Positions 1-12,376 of a stretch of DNA of 64,000 bases are shown here, one piece after another. The notes below the pieces were generated by a model. The model worked only from the letters and a program-made list of their open reading frames with translations, did no database searches and was not told the origin of the DNA. The stretch's first letter is position 1. The number at the start of each line of letters is the position of its first letter. Made by a program: the position numbers and the translations under genes. Origin of the DNA: Auanema rhodensis (Eukaryota; Animalia; Nematoda); contig OZ059899.1 in assembly GCA_964057225.1 (NCBI GenBank), positions 11,222,001 through 11,286,000 on the forward strand, read 5' to 3'.

Positions 1-2140
1 AAAGATGAACTTTTGTTCGTAAGATATGCTTTATTGGTGGTAATAAGCATTTTCGGAGAGATGGGGGACGGAGAAGGGCTCCTCCAGTAGCTTTAGTACA
101 TAGCTGGTATGCTTCAGCTGTTGTAACCAGTGATAAGATTACTGATAAAGCTACGGCTAAAGTCAAAGGAGATATCAGAGTCAAATTATTGACTCTTGAG
201 CCTCTACCTCTGCCTCTATTGTTGTTATTTCCCCTAAAGGTACTGTTATTTCTCTGTCTATTATTGCTCATTTCTTGATTTTGTGATGCATTATGGCTTC
301 TTTGATACCCATTTTGATTTTGATTCTGATAATTTCGACCGCGGTCACCAAAATTGCGGTTCCTAGCAAATGGGTTTTGGAAATTCCAGCCTTTTTGATT
401 TTTTGAAAATTTATGATAATTTTGATTGTTTTGAAAGTTTGGATGATAATTGTTATAATTATTATAATTTTGATAATTTTTATTATTAAAAGATTGATAA
501 CCTCTTGCCATACCTCTCCCACCATTGTTTCTGCGCGGGGGGAAAGTTCTTTCAATTGCGTTAACCAATAGCGCCTGAGGGTCTGCTACTTGGTTTGCAA
601 TTGATTCCTCCCAGCGAGCACTATCAACAGCCTCAGCAAAAGTTTTGGGTTTTGCTCGAATTACCCCTGGGCGTATCGTATTTTTCAAGCCTCTCAAAAA
701 TGTGGACCTCAGAATGTGATCTTTATGAGTATCACTATTAGAGAAAGCATTTAAGCTGAGGTTTCTTAACGTTTGTGCAAAACCATCAATTGATAAATCG
801 CCTTGAGTGCTGTTTTGAAGTGTGATAAGGGCAGGGTCTTGATTGTATTCGGGACACAGCTTGGATGTTAACTCTTCTATGAGGGTAACCCAAGGTCCAG
901 CTGTTCTGACCTTGTCAGGTAGCTCTAAATAAGCTTCCTCTGCTCTATCATTTTTCAATAGTAATGGTAAAATAGTTAGTCTTTCGGGCATCACTAAGCC
1001 TAAGGCGTTAGAAAAGGTATTAAACTTTGCCACGAAATCTCTAAAGTTACGACTTCCGTCGTATATGGGGCAATAAGGTGAGCTTAATGCGTGCGCAATG
1101 GTAGATTTACCAGCTCCCGGAAGACGTGGTGTCTCCGTCATGGTTGGTATATCCTCAGGGTATGTGCGAGATGACGTAATCCCTTTACTGCCTGAGCTTC
1201 TCGCCGTTAAGTTCTTACCTCCCTTTTTCGAGTTACCAGATGTTGGATAACTAATGGTAGGGGCGGCTGAGGAGAACCGCTTCCCTGGGAGTTTGATAAC
1301 TCGACTCGTTGCCTGAGGCGTCGAATGTATTGAAACGCTTGAGCTGGGTATAGCGCTATCTGACTTATTAAGGGTTGGGTTGGAGGATACGTGAAGAGAG
1401 TTATCAACTTGTTCTGTTGTTACCTCCCCTGGAGACAAATTCAAAACTTTTATTAAGCGAGCTGTTAAAGATTTCTTACTTTTGAACTTATCAGTAGTTA
1501 GTGATAAGGGCAAAACTTCGGTAATTTCCTGATTTGGTTCTATGGGATTATTAGAGGTTGAGCGCCTACGCGGTGTATTAGTTTTTCTTTTATTAATCTT
1601 TTTAGAATCAAGCTTTTTCGAATCAAGCTTATCAGTGATAACTGATAAGGGTGATTTGCGAATAGTGAGAGATGAGGTTTTATTAAGTTGTGAGTTTTCT
1701 ATCGGAGTGGAAAATGCCTGCGGTGTTAGAGTTAGTTCAAAAGAAGATGCAAGATCGTTATCAGTATTAACTGATAAAGTTGATAAGTTTAGGTGGGGGG
1801 TGGCTGGTGAAGTATTAGAGGTTATTTGTTTTGGTTTTTGAATTTTTTTAATCTTTTTATTACTTTTAAAAGAGTGTACCTTTGGAGTTGAAGCTGAAGT
1901 TTGAATATTGTAGTCCTGAATATAGAAATCAGGGTCCTCCTCGGTGTTGTCCGGAGGTGAATACGTGCCTTCTCGAGGAATGAAGGTTTTCTCGACTTTG
2001 GGTTTTACCTCTTGTTCAGGCTCTTCAATCTGAACACTGAGGAGTCGAGTGCGGCTTCTGGTTCGACTGGCGACTGCGATGTCGTCACTGGACTCAGAAG
2101 GGTATAGAGCAGGGATGGCCGAAGAGTATCTTCGTGCCAC
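1..2140 (-). CDS. gag: Partial Gag-Env(-Pol) polyprotein of family B copy 1 (Gag, Env signal peptide and Env N-terminus)
   Basis: Colinear with ORF 50517-59222; about 11 substitutions by eye and no frameshift seen. Confidence 0.88.
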   Translation of the reverse strand, partial: MARRYSSAIPALYPSESSDDIAVASRTRSRTRLLSVQIEEPEQEVKPKVEKTFIPREGTYSPPDNTEEDPDFYIQDYNIQTSASTPKVHSFKSNKKIKKIQKPKQITSNTSPATPHLNLSTLSVNTDNDLASSFELTLTPQAFSTPIENSQLNKTSSLTIRKSPLSVITDKLDSKKLDSKKINKRKTNTPRRRSTSNNPIEPNQEITEVLPLSLTTDKFKSKKSLTARLIKVLNLSPGEVTTEQVDNSLHVSSNPTLNKSDSAIPSSSVSIHSTPQATSRVIKLPGKRFSSAAPTISYPTSGNSKKGGKNLTARSSGSKGITSSRTYPEDIPTMTETPRLPGAGKSTIAHALSSPYCPIYDGSRNFRDFVAKFNTFSNALGLVMPERLTILPLLLKNDRAEEAYLELPDKVRTAGPWVTLIEELTSKLCPEYNQDPALITLQNSTQGDLSIDGFAQTLRNLSLNAFSNSDTHKDHILRSTFLRGLKNTIRPGVIRAKPKTFAEAVDSARWEESIANQVADPQALLVNAIERTFPPRRNNGGRGMARGYQSFNNKNYQNYNNYNNYHPNFQNNQNYHKFSKNQKGWNFQNPFARNRNFGDRGRNYQNQNQNGYQRSHNASQNQEMSNNRQRNNSTFRGNNNNRGRGRGSRVNNLTLISPLTLAVALSVILSLVTTAEAYQLCTKATGGALLRPPSLRKCLLPPIKHILRTKVHL

Positions 2141-2552
2141 TTTGGAATCACTCTTGGTTTGGAAAAACCGCGAGTGTTTCGTTATATGGGGGATGTTGAC
2201 GTTGAATGAGTGACAAGAAATTCAGGTCGGTTATAGGGAAAAGTAAGAAAAGTTTGAAGATTGAGACGTGGCGTCTTTCGCCGAGAATCGTTATTAGATG
2301 AGAAAGAGTTTTAAAATCTTGGCCTGAGATCTGGCTCCGCCTATCTACCGTATTCTCTTTTCTTTATTCTTTTTCACAGATGTTCATCAATTATAAATTT
2401 TGTTGGTCTTCGCTCTTTCCAGCCTCGATCTTAATACTTTACTCTAATTGAATTCTTGAAAGTATGAGAGAGATTTTCAGTCGTTTTATGTCCCCTTTTT
2501 ATGCATAAGAATCTTTATATTTGTAGAGCTGAAAAAAAAAATAAATCAAAGA

Positions 2553-3086
2553 ATGGCTTATGAAGGTCTATCGGGAATGACTTTTGTCTTGAGGAAGCTG
2601 TACGCTGACCTCGTCTTGTATGATCAAGACGAAGTGTTAGCTTATAGGCCGCACCCAGACATAATTAAGATGGTTGGTTAAAACAAAGAAACATGTTATG
2701 TTAATAAGAATTTTTAGTTTATTGAGGATTTAAAGATGCATTATCTGGGAAGGGGATTAGTAAACTTCTCCCTAATGCAGGAAATAGCGGATGAGGTTGC
2801 AGCTATTGGGCGATGGTGCCTCACCGATTTGTGTGCGCATTGGTATGAAAACCCCAATTTAATCGCATCCCCTTGGAATTGGTATGAGCATAAGCCTCAT
2901 GATTTTTATGATTATATGTCTAAAATTTTGTTTAAAATTTATTTGTTTTATGAACAGTCTCCTATGGTCTTATTGCTAAGGACCTCTGCGGATTCAGTGT
3001 ATTCGCAGTATTTAGAGCCTAGCAATGAGCCCATCTCACAGCCTATAGAATTTGTGAGACAGTTGCATTTTAAATGGGGCTTTTAA
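2553..3086 (+). CDS. Spliced accessory gene antisense to the element (exon 1 2553-2672, 45-nt intron 2673-2717, exon 2 2718-3086; 162 aa; unknown function)
   Basis: ATG at 2553, GTTGGT...TTTTTAG intron, in-frame join to the 116-aa ORF, AATAAA at 3103; intact in both copies. Confidence 0.75.
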
Positions 3087-4047
3087 CAATTGTTTCATAT
3101 ATAATAAATACTTAATTTCACTCATTTGTTCTCTCTCTCTTTTTTTTTTCATAACACAAACTTTGGTCGAGCTTATTAATAAAGAAGGAGTGCGTGCGCC
3201 TTGGGAAAATGGCTCATGTGCACGTTGATTATTAAAAGCCGTGGGCGATTCTTTTTCGGAATGATTTTGGCATGCTAATGAGATTCCGAGAATATTTAAA
3301 AAGATTGCTCATTTTACTAATGGACTGAGACCAAAGCTCGTTTATAAAACGCAATTTTTTTTCGTCAAACCATTCTACTAATTTATAGAATATTACAATA
3401 TGAATACTACGGTAGGTGTGTGGAAATATCTTATGATGTTAGCAACAAAAATGAGCTGAGGAAGGTGACACATTCTACGGAGAAGAAAACATCCGTAGCC
3501 CATGTGCTTTCGCCAAAATGACCTGACAGGCAATAAAATTTGTGCCAGGATTTTTCGGACTAGTGTGGTCTATTCTCACAATCAAAAAAAAAATAAAAAC
3601 CGAATAACGGCTCCCGCAAAAATATTTAGTTAGCATGCTCTTTTACGCCTGAATTTAACTTTCAAATCTCTAGTCCTGACCACAATAAAATATTAAACTT
3701 TGTGCGCTTTCAAAATTTCATTCTAACTCCTCGTTGCCAAATAATAATGTAATCAAAATTTCGTTTGGTGAAATTGTCCCCTATTTCGATCCAAACGTCC
3801 TCAAAAAAAAAAATGCAAAAGAAGCGGTGCAGGATACGGTATTATAAGGGTGGACACTCAGACGGTTTTATGATAGGGGACAGCGGGTGAAATTTCAAAA
3901 TTATATAGTCCTAGCTCTCTAAAAGAGAGATCCCTTGTACCTGCACCTTATACAAGTTGGCGCCCTCATTATGTTGCTAACCGTGGAGGAAGTTTTAATT
4001 TAGATATCAAAATATGGACTTTTTATGCGAGTTTTTGCGACAAAAAT

Positions 4048-4068
4048 GAGTTCGAGGTGGAACCTCCA
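4048..4068 (-). promoter_or_regulatory. Primer binding site (tRNA-Gln), family B copy 1
   Basis: TGGAGGTTCCACC directly after the LTR; complement of the tRNA-Gln 3' end GGTGGAACCT-CCA. Confidence 0.85.
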
Positions 4069-4434
4069 CGTTCCATTATGCTCCTACGTATATTGAACAG
4101 ACCATTGTAGTCTGCTCAACTACGCGTATAGTATTCCATAAGTGTAGCGGTATGGAAACAGAGCATAAGGATTACATAAGATAAGGAAATATATAGGTTT
4201 ATTATACACAATACAATATCATTACAATACAATAACACAAGGATAAAGTAAACTACATTTACAAGACAAAGACTAATATATAAGATTAACTAAGTTAGAT
4301 GCAAACCGTCCATGGGCTTGCAAAGGGGCGAACTCCCGAATAGGGGCATGAGGGAAGGCGGTGCCATTCCTCATTCCTCTAGTCGGTCTGGCTCTAACCC
4401 TGCAGTTACATATATAGAGTCTCCGAATGGAACG
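4069..4434 (-). repeat. 5' LTR of family B copy 1 (366 bp)
   Basis: One difference seen versus LTRs 48224-48589 and 59921-60286; termini CGTTCCATT...AATGGAACG. Confidence 0.95.
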
Positions 4435-4518
4435 TCTTTTTGTTCTTTAACAAAGTTATGACTGAGATCAAAATTTGAACTTACTTTTGAACAATTAAAC
4501 AGAAATTCAAAAAATATT

Positions 4519-4592
4519 TGCCGCCAGCAGGGGTCGAACCTGCGACCTTGGGCTTATTAGACCCACGCTCTAACCGACTGAGCTATGGCGGC
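4519..4592 (-). tRNA. tRNA-Ile(AAT)
   Basis: Cloverleaf GCCGCCA-TA-GCTC-AGTCGGTTA-GAGC-G-TGGGT-CT[AAT]AA-GCCCA-AGGTC-GCAGG-TTCGACC-CCTGC-TGGCGGC-A, followed by an oligo-T Pol III terminator. Confidence 0.96.
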
Positions 4593-5185
4593 TACGAAAG
4601 TACGAAATAACAAAGCGCTGATTATAGGAAACGTGAATGAATGCAGATATTCTCAATTCCGATTCATTAACTAGATCGTGGTCAGCATTTTACAACATTG
4701 ATAAAATAGAAACTGAGAAAAAAACATCAACAAATGACACTATTAACTTGGTTTTTTTAACAGCTTTTTTATATTTCTTTTTTCACTATGAGAGAACTTA
4801 TATTTATTGCTTTTTCAAAATTTTCCATTTTTAACATTATACATCTTGACTATCACACATTGAGAACAACAGTTGGCAATGTTGGTTGTCACGTCATGTT
4901 TCATGCAGTTAGATTTTCAGACACATTAATACCTTTGACCATTCTTCTTATGAGTTTTGTAACGATAGATCGTAATAGGAAATGAATTGCTATAATATGA
5001 AAAAATACAAGACATAGTCAACATTGATTTCCCCAAATAGTATCATGTTTGCTTGTTATTCAATTAGAACACTAATTTTTTGATTGTTTTCTTGAAATAT
5101 TCTTTTTTTTTCTTTAACAAAGTTATGACTGAGATCAAAATTTGAACTTACTTTTGAACAATTAAACAGAAATTCAAAAAATATT

Positions 5186-5259
5186 TGCCGCCAGCAGGGG
5201 TCGAACCTGCGACCTTGGGCTTATTAGACCCACGCTCTAACCGACTGAGCTATGGCGGC
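5186..5259 (-). tRNA. tRNA-Ile(AAT)
   Basis: Consensus copy. Confidence 0.95.
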
Positions 5260-6124
5260 TACGAAAGTACGAAATAACAAAGCGCTGATTATAGGAAACG
5301 TGAATGAATGCAGATATTCTCAATTCCGATTCATTAACTAGATCGTGGTCAGCATTTTACAACATTGATAAAATAGAAACTGAGAAAAAAACATCAACAA
5401 ATGACACTATTAACTTGGTTTTTTGAACAGCTTTTTTATATTTCTTTTTTCACTATGAGAGAACTTATATTTATTGCTTTTTCAAAATTTTCCATTTTTA
5501 ACATTATACATCTTGACTATCACACATTGAGAACAACAGTTGGCAATGTTGGTTGTCACGTCATGTTTCATGCAGTTAGATTTTCAGACACATTAATACC
5601 TTTGACCATTCTTCTTATGAGTTTTGTAACGATAGATCGTAATAGGAAATGAATTGCTATAATATGAAAAAATACAAGACATAGTCAACATTGATTTCCC
5701 CAAATAGTATCATGTTTGCTTGTTATTCAATTAGAACACTTATTTTTTGATTGTTTTCTTGAAATATTCTTTTTTTTTCTTTAACAAAGTTATGACTGAG
5801 ATCAAAATTTGAACTTACTTTTGAACAATTAAACAGAAATTTAAAAAATATTTGCCGCTAGCAGGGGTCGAACCTGGGGTCTGAGACGTTTCGTCGTCTC
5901 CTATTTTTACAACCTCTCCCCAGCAAGCCTAACGGTCGTAAATTATACCACACGTGTTGTACTCTCAGTTTTTGGTCGTTTAGACTTCTAAAAATTACCC
6001 AAAAACTTAAACAGTTCATAAAAAATCGAGGTTTTCAATCTAAACGGCAAGGAGGTTTTTGTGTTAGAAAAAAAAGATATGATTCAAAAAATTTATTAGA
6101 GTTTAGTTTTTCAAGTTAAATGAT

Positions 6125-8170
6125 TCAAAAATAAGATTTTCTGGTGTTAAACTTCGCCATCTCCTCGACATATGCTATTATTTCTTGCTGATTAGGCAGT
6201 CGGTTATTGGAGATGCTCCTAAAGTTTTCAAACTGAACCTCAATCCGTTGTTGCCTCTCAATTACGTTTTTTCTTTTTTTCCTGGCAGGCTCAACATTCG
6301 ATGACAAAGCGATCAGGACATGATTAGCCATCAAATTTTCACCATGAAAAAAAGTAATTAATTCAGAAAGAGGAGGATGAGAGCAAGATAAAATAGTCTT
6401 CATTTTACGGTGAAAAGATTCAACATTATTAGATGTACGAAACTGTTTTATGTCCCATTTGCTTCAATAATGTCGCAAAGGTCCTTCAATCCATGTTTCA
6501 TTCACATAACTGATCATTTGAAGACAAGAAGAATATGATGGATGATCAGAAGAAACAGGAGAATTGAGTAACCCGGACCGTGAGATAAGATCAGTTTGAA
6601 GGAAGAGCAAGCCCAGCAGCCGACCATGCCATTGTTTGATTTCAATGGATTGCTTCTCTGCTTGTGTCAAACCCAGTTGAAGAAACCGTCTGTTCAAGCT
6701 CTGAGCATAATGAAATGCACATCCTTGAACAGAATTAAAAATAGTTTCAGCTTCCCTTATTACAGCGATCTCAAAATCACAGATAAAAATAAGGTTTTCA
6801 ACTATGCAACCAACGTTGGAGAGAGCTAGTGCAATATGTTGAAGAAGCCTTCTATAAGTGAACCTACTCTTATTTTTTAAAATGGAATAGAAAAGAGGTA
6901 CAGTTGTTCCATTTCTGCAACCGCCCATGATGGTCTATGTTTGTTCCATATCCAAAGGCTGGTATTTGAAACAACCGTCCCCAAGCAAATGAGTTAAACC
7001 ATTCTGAACAGCTAGTTCCAAACAAAATGTATCGAAATACAAATGAAACTCGCTGTCATGAAAATGCAAGAACGTACGACCATTGATAGTTTTAGACAGA
7101 GACAGAGGAACATTGGTCATGGATGTTCTTAAGTCTTTACGAGAACTTAAAGCCCTTGTAATAGCTCTACGTCTACTGTCATAGCCACCATGAAACCAAG
7201 CAGAGGAAACTTCTTGCTTTTCATGCTCTTCTAACTCAGATTCATGAAATATTTTTTTTATTTCATTGACAAATAAGGAATATGCTTTCATCTCAAAACA
7301 TGAGTCTGAACTTTTAATATTCTGAGTTAGAGAGTATGTGATATTTTTGCATTTGTTAATAGAAAACAAAAATGGATCACAATGATGGTTTTGAGCAACA
7401 GGATTTTCGAGAAATACATTATTTTCTACTTTGATAGAAGTGTATTTACCCAAATGTTTACAACCTGTGCAACGATAAATAGAATAAGCTTTTTGAGAAC
7501 TTTTACTACTGAATTGGTAGCGATACAGCAAGTTTTCAAATTTATATTCTAAACAGGGGTGTACACCCTGCTTAGAAGGCGCAATGAGAGCGGCGTATGA
7601 GTTAGGATTTGCAGATTGCAAAGAAAATGAAGAAGAAGGAGAGGGAACAGAAGAAGAAGGAGAGGGAACAGAAGAAGAAGGAGAGGGAACAGAAGAAGAA
7701 GGAGAGAGAACAGGTAAAGAAGGAGAGGAAACAGAAGGAGGAGAAGAAGAAAGAGAAGATGACGGTGAAGAATGAACGGCAGAAGAAGAAGAAGAAGGCT
7801 GAATAGAAAGATGTGAAGTAGAAGAAGAGAACAGTGGAACGCTGTTGACAGTAGGAACAGTAACTGTAGCAACAGATTCAACTGAAGAAGATGCCGCAGA
7901 TGAAATTGCTAGAGAAAGAGCAGAAGCAAAATTAACATTTTGCTGCCTCAATGGAGGGATATTAAAAGATGGAAGAGTGAAATTTAAAAATGAGAGTGAA
8001 GTTACATCATTTGAATAAACTTCAAGATTCTGAGTATTTACCGAAGAATTATTAAAAAAGATAGTTATGTTCTCCGAAGGAACATTATCAAAAGGCTGAG
8101 AAACAAGAACAAATTTACCCTGAGCGTTAATCATCAGAGAAAATGGACAGAAAGTAGAAGGAAAAATCAT
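6125..8170 (-). pseudogene. MULE DDE transposase disrupted by two in-frame stops (TAG at 6935-6937, TGA at 6464-6466)
   Basis: Three ORFs in one frame with motifs GDGCF, CDFE, GCAFHY and RTSNNVESFH; the stops fall where Tyr and Trp would be expected. Confidence 0.85.
7629..7755 (+). repeat. 21-bp purine-rich minisatellite (GAAGAAGAAGGAGAGGGAACA) encoding VPSPSSS repeats in the transposase N-terminus
   Basis: About 3 near-perfect units plus degenerate ones. Confidence 0.85.
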
Positions 8171-9171
8171 GATGAACGAGAAAAGATGAGAAAGTGTGAA
8201 TAAGCAAACTTATCGAAAGAAAAGATAAACTAACAACTATTACTATGAACTCACGTAACTGTTGACTTGAAACTGTTTGATGATAGCCTGGTTGATAGAA
8301 CTGTATGTTTATTTTAATTTCTGCTTTTTTCAATTTATATTTTGATGGCAGTTCAAGGTATGTAGCCACTTATATCTGACTTCTATAGATTTATAGCTTT
8401 AATAGCACCCCGAGTTACATGAACACTGACAGTTGTCAGCACATTATCATAAAGTTTGCCCTCTAATGATCAGCCTGAACTAGTTCACAAACTAGAGACG
8501 ACGAAACCTCCGCCACCCTCGAACCTGCGACCTTGGGCTTATTAGACCCACGCTCTAACCGACTGAGCTATGGCGGCTACGAAAGTACGAAATAACAAAG
8601 CGCTGATTATAGGAAACGTGAATGAATGCAGATATTCTCAATTCCGATTCATTAACTAGATCGTGGTCAGCATTTTACAACATTGATAAAATAGAAACTG
8701 AGAAAAAAACATCAACAAATGACACTATTAACTTGGTTTTTTGAACAGCTTTTTTATATTTCTTTTTTCACTATGAGAGAACTTATATTTATTGCTTTTT
8801 CAAAATTTTCCATTTTTAACATTATACATCTTGACTATCACACATTGAGAACAACAGTTGGCAATGTTGGTTGTCACGTCATATTTCATGCAGTTAGATT
8901 TTCAGACACATTAATACCTTTGACCATTCTTCTTATGAGTTTTGTAACGATAGATCGTAATAGGAAATGAATTGCTATAATATGAAAAAATACAAGACAT
9001 AGTCAACATTGATTTCCCCAAATAGTATCATGTTTGCTTGTTATTCAATTAGAACACTTATTTTTTGATTGTTTTCTTCAAATATTCTTTTTTTTTTCTT
9101 TAATAAAGTTATGACTGAGATCAAAATTTGAACTTACTTTTGAACAATTAAACAGAAATTTGAAAAATATT

Positions 9172-9245
9172 TGCCGCCAGCAGGGGTCGAACCTGCGACC
9201 TTGGGCTTATTAGACCCACGCTCTAACCGACTGAGCTATGGCGGC
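9172..9245 (-). tRNA. tRNA-Ile(AAT)
   Basis: Consensus copy. Confidence 0.95.
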
Positions 9246-9840
9246 TACGAAAGTACGAAATAACAAAGCGCTGATTATAGGAAACGTGAATGAATGCAGA
9301 TATTCTCAATTCCGATTCATTAACTAGATCGTGGTCAGCATTTTACAACATTGATAAAATAGAAACTGAGAAAAAAACATCAACAAATGACACTATTAAC
9401 TTGGTTTTTTTAACAGCTTTTTTATATTTCTTTTTTCACTATGAGAGAACTTATATTTATTGCTTTTTCAAAATTTTCCATTTTTAACATTATACATCTT
9501 GACTATCACACATTGAGAACAACAGTTGGCAATGTTGGTTGTCACGTCATGTTTCATGCAGTTAGATTTTCAGACACATTAATACCTTTGACCATTCTTC
9601 TTATGAGTTTTGTAACGATAGATCGTAATAGGAAATGAATTGCTATAATATGAAAAAATACAAGACATAGTCAACATTGATTTCCCCCAAATAGTATCAT
9701 GTTTGCTTGTTATTCAATTAGAACACTTATTTTTTGATTGTTTTCTTGAAATATTCTTTTTTTTTTCTTTAACAAAGTTATGACTGAGATCAAAATTTGA
9801 ACTTACTTTTGAACAATTAAACAGAAATTTAAAAAATATT

Positions 9841-9914
9841 TGCCGCTAGCAGGGGTCGAACCTGCGACCTTGGGCTTATTAGACCCACGCTCTAACCGAC
9901 TGAGCTATGGCGGC
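9841..9914 (-). tRNA. tRNA-Ile(AAT), acceptor-stem C:A mismatch variant
   Basis: 3' strand TAGCGGC. Confidence 0.9.
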
Positions 9915-10507
9915 TACGAAAGTACGAAATAACAAAGCGCTGATTATAGGAAACGTGAATGAATGCAGATATTCTCAATTCCGATTCATTAACTAGATCG
10001 TGGTCAGCATTTTACAACATTGATGAAATAGAAACTGAGAAAAAAACATCAACAAATGACACTATTAACTTGGTTTTTTGAACAGCTTTTTTATATTTCT
10101 TTTTTCACTATGAGAGAACTTATATTTATTGCTTTTTAAAAATTTTCCATTTTTAACATTATACATCTTGACTATCACACATTGAGAACAACAGTTGGCA
10201 ATGTTGGTTGTCACGTCATGTTTCATGCAGTTAGATTTTCAGACACATTAATACCTTTGACCATTCTTCTTATGAGTTTTGTAACGATAGATCGTAATAG
10301 GAAATGAATTGCTATAATATGAAAAAATACAAGACATAGTCAACATTGATTTCCCCAAATAGTATCATGTTTGCTTGTTATTCAATTAGAACACTTATTT
10401 TTTGATTGTTTTCTTGAAATATTCTTTTTTTTTCTTTAACAAAGTTATGACTGAGATCAAAATTTGAACTTACTTTTGAACAATTAAACAGAAATTTAAA
10501 AAATATT

Positions 10508-10581
10508 TGCCGCTAGCAGGGGTCGAACCTGCGACCTTGGGCTTATTAGACCCACGCTCTAACCGACTGAGCTATGGCGGC
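10508..10581 (-). tRNA. tRNA-Ile(AAT), acceptor-stem C:A mismatch variant
   Basis: 3' strand TAGCGGC. Confidence 0.9.
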
Positions 10582-11174
10582 TACGAAAGTACGAAATAAC
10601 AAAGCGCTGATTATAGGAAACGTGAATGAATGCAGATATTCTCAATTCCGATTCATTAACTAGATCGTGGTCAGCATTTTACAACATTGATAAAATAGAA
10701 ACTGAGAAAAAAACATCAACAAATGACACTATTAACTTGGTTTTTTTAACAGCTTTTTTATATTTCTTTTTTCACTATGAGAGAACTTATATTTATTGCT
10801 TTTTCAAAATTTTCCATTTTTAACATTATACATCTTGACTATCACACATTGAGAACAACAGTTGGCAATGTTGGTTGTCACGTCATGTTTCATGCAGTTA
10901 GATTTTCAGACACATTAATACCTTTGACCATTCTTCTTATGAGTTTTGTAACGATAGATCGTAATAGGAAATGAATTGCTATAATATGAAAAAATACAAG
11001 ACATAGTCAACATTGATTTCCCCAAATAGTATCATGTTTGCTTGTTATTCAATTAGAACACTTATTTTTTGATTGTTTTCTTCAAATATTCTTTTTTTTT
11101 CTTTAATAAAGTTATGACTGAGATCAAAATTTGAACTTACTTTTGAACAATTAAACAGAAATTTGAAAAATATT

Positions 11175-11248
11175 TGCCGCCAGCAGGGGTCGAACCTGCG
11201 ACCTTGGGCTTATTAGACCCACGCTCCAACCGACTGAGCTATGGCGGC
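11175..11248 (-). tRNA. tRNA-Ile(AAT), D-loop variant
   Basis: One substitution. Confidence 0.9.
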
Positions 11249-11725
11249 TACGAAAGTACGAAATAACAAAGCGCTGATTATAGGAAACGTGAATGAATGC
11301 AGATATTCTCAATTCCGATTCATTAACTAGATCGTGGTCAGCATTTTACAACATTGATAAAATAGAAACTGAGAAAAAAACATCAACAAATGACACTATT
11401 AACTTGGTTTTTTTAACAGCTTTTTTATATTTCTTTTTTCACTATGAGAGAACTTATATTTATTGCTTTTTCAAAATTTTCCATTTTTAACATTATACAT
11501 CTTGACTATCACACATTGAGAACAACAGTTGGCAATGTTGGTTGTCACGTCATGTTTCATGCAGTTAGATTTTCAGACACATTAATACCTTTGACCATTC
11601 TTCTTATGAGTTTTGTAACGATAGATCGTAATAGGAAATGAATTGCTATAATATGAAAAAATACAAGACATAGTCAACATTGATTTCCCCAAATAGTATC
11701 ATGTTTGCTTGTTATTCAATTAGAA

Positions 11726-11783
11726 GTTAGATTGCGTGGGTCTAATAAGCCCAAGGTCGCAGGTTCGACCCCTGCTGGCGGCA
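11726..11783 (+). pseudogene. 5'-truncated tRNA-Ile(AAT) at the inversion junction
   Basis: Begins in the D-loop (GTTAGAttGCGTGGG); the 5' acceptor strand is missing. Confidence 0.85.
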
Positions 11784-12376
11784 AATATTTTTCAAATTTC
11801 TGTTTAATTGTTCAAAAGTAAGTTCAAATTTTGATCTCAGTCATAACTTTATTAAAGAAAAAAAAAGAATATTTGAAGAAAACAATCAAAAAATAAGTGT
11901 TCTAATTGAATAACAAGCAAACATGATACTATTTGGGGAAATCAATGTTGACTATGTCTTGTATTTTTTCATATTATAGCAATTCATTTCCTATTACGAT
12001 CTATCGTTACAAAACTCATAAGAAGAATGGTCAAAGGTATTAATGTGTCTGAAAATCTAACTGCATGAAATATGACGTGACAACCAACATTGCCAACTGT
12101 TGTTCTCAATGTGTGATAGTCAAGATGTATAATGTTAAAAATGGAAAATTTTGAAAAAGCAATAAATATAAGTTCTCTCATAGTGAAAAAAGAAATATAA
12201 AAAAGCTGTTCAAAAAACCAAGTTAATAGTGTCATTTGTTGATGTTTTTTTCTCAGTTTCTATTTTATCAATGTTGTAAAATGCTGACCACGATCTAGTT
12301 AATGAATCGGAATTGAGAATATCTGCATTCATTCACGTTTCCTATAATCAGCGCTTTGTTATTTCGTACTTTCGTA

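Larger units (their letters stand above)
1..4434 (-). mobile_element. Ty3/Gypsy LTR retrotransposon family B, copy 1 (5' part; truncated by window start)
   Basis: Reverse complement is ~99% identical to 48224-~52657: LTR, PBS, leader, gag and start of env. Confidence 0.95.
5877..8518 (-). mobile_element. Mutator/MULE DNA transposon (2642 bp)
   Basis: 9-bp TSD TCGAACCTG (5868-5876, 8519-8527); imperfect 24-bp TIRs GGGT..GTTTCGTCGTCTC; MULE transposase motifs. Confidence 0.92.
5853..8577 (-). pseudogene. tRNA-Ile(AAT) split by MULE insertion (parts 5853-5876 and 8519-8577)
   Basis: T-arm sequence TCGAACCTG duplicated on both sides of the insert. Confidence 0.92.

Noticed and set aside
4705-4905. 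piRNA upstream (GTTTC-core) motifs in the spacer
   Set aside because: Only partial matches, one is polymorphic and lost in most units, and there are no small-RNA data to support it.
6464-6937. Programmed readthrough or a variant genetic code explaining the two MULE stops
   Set aside because: They are two different stop codons, each one substitution from Tyr or Trp, and other ORFs use standard stops. Simple decay is more likely.
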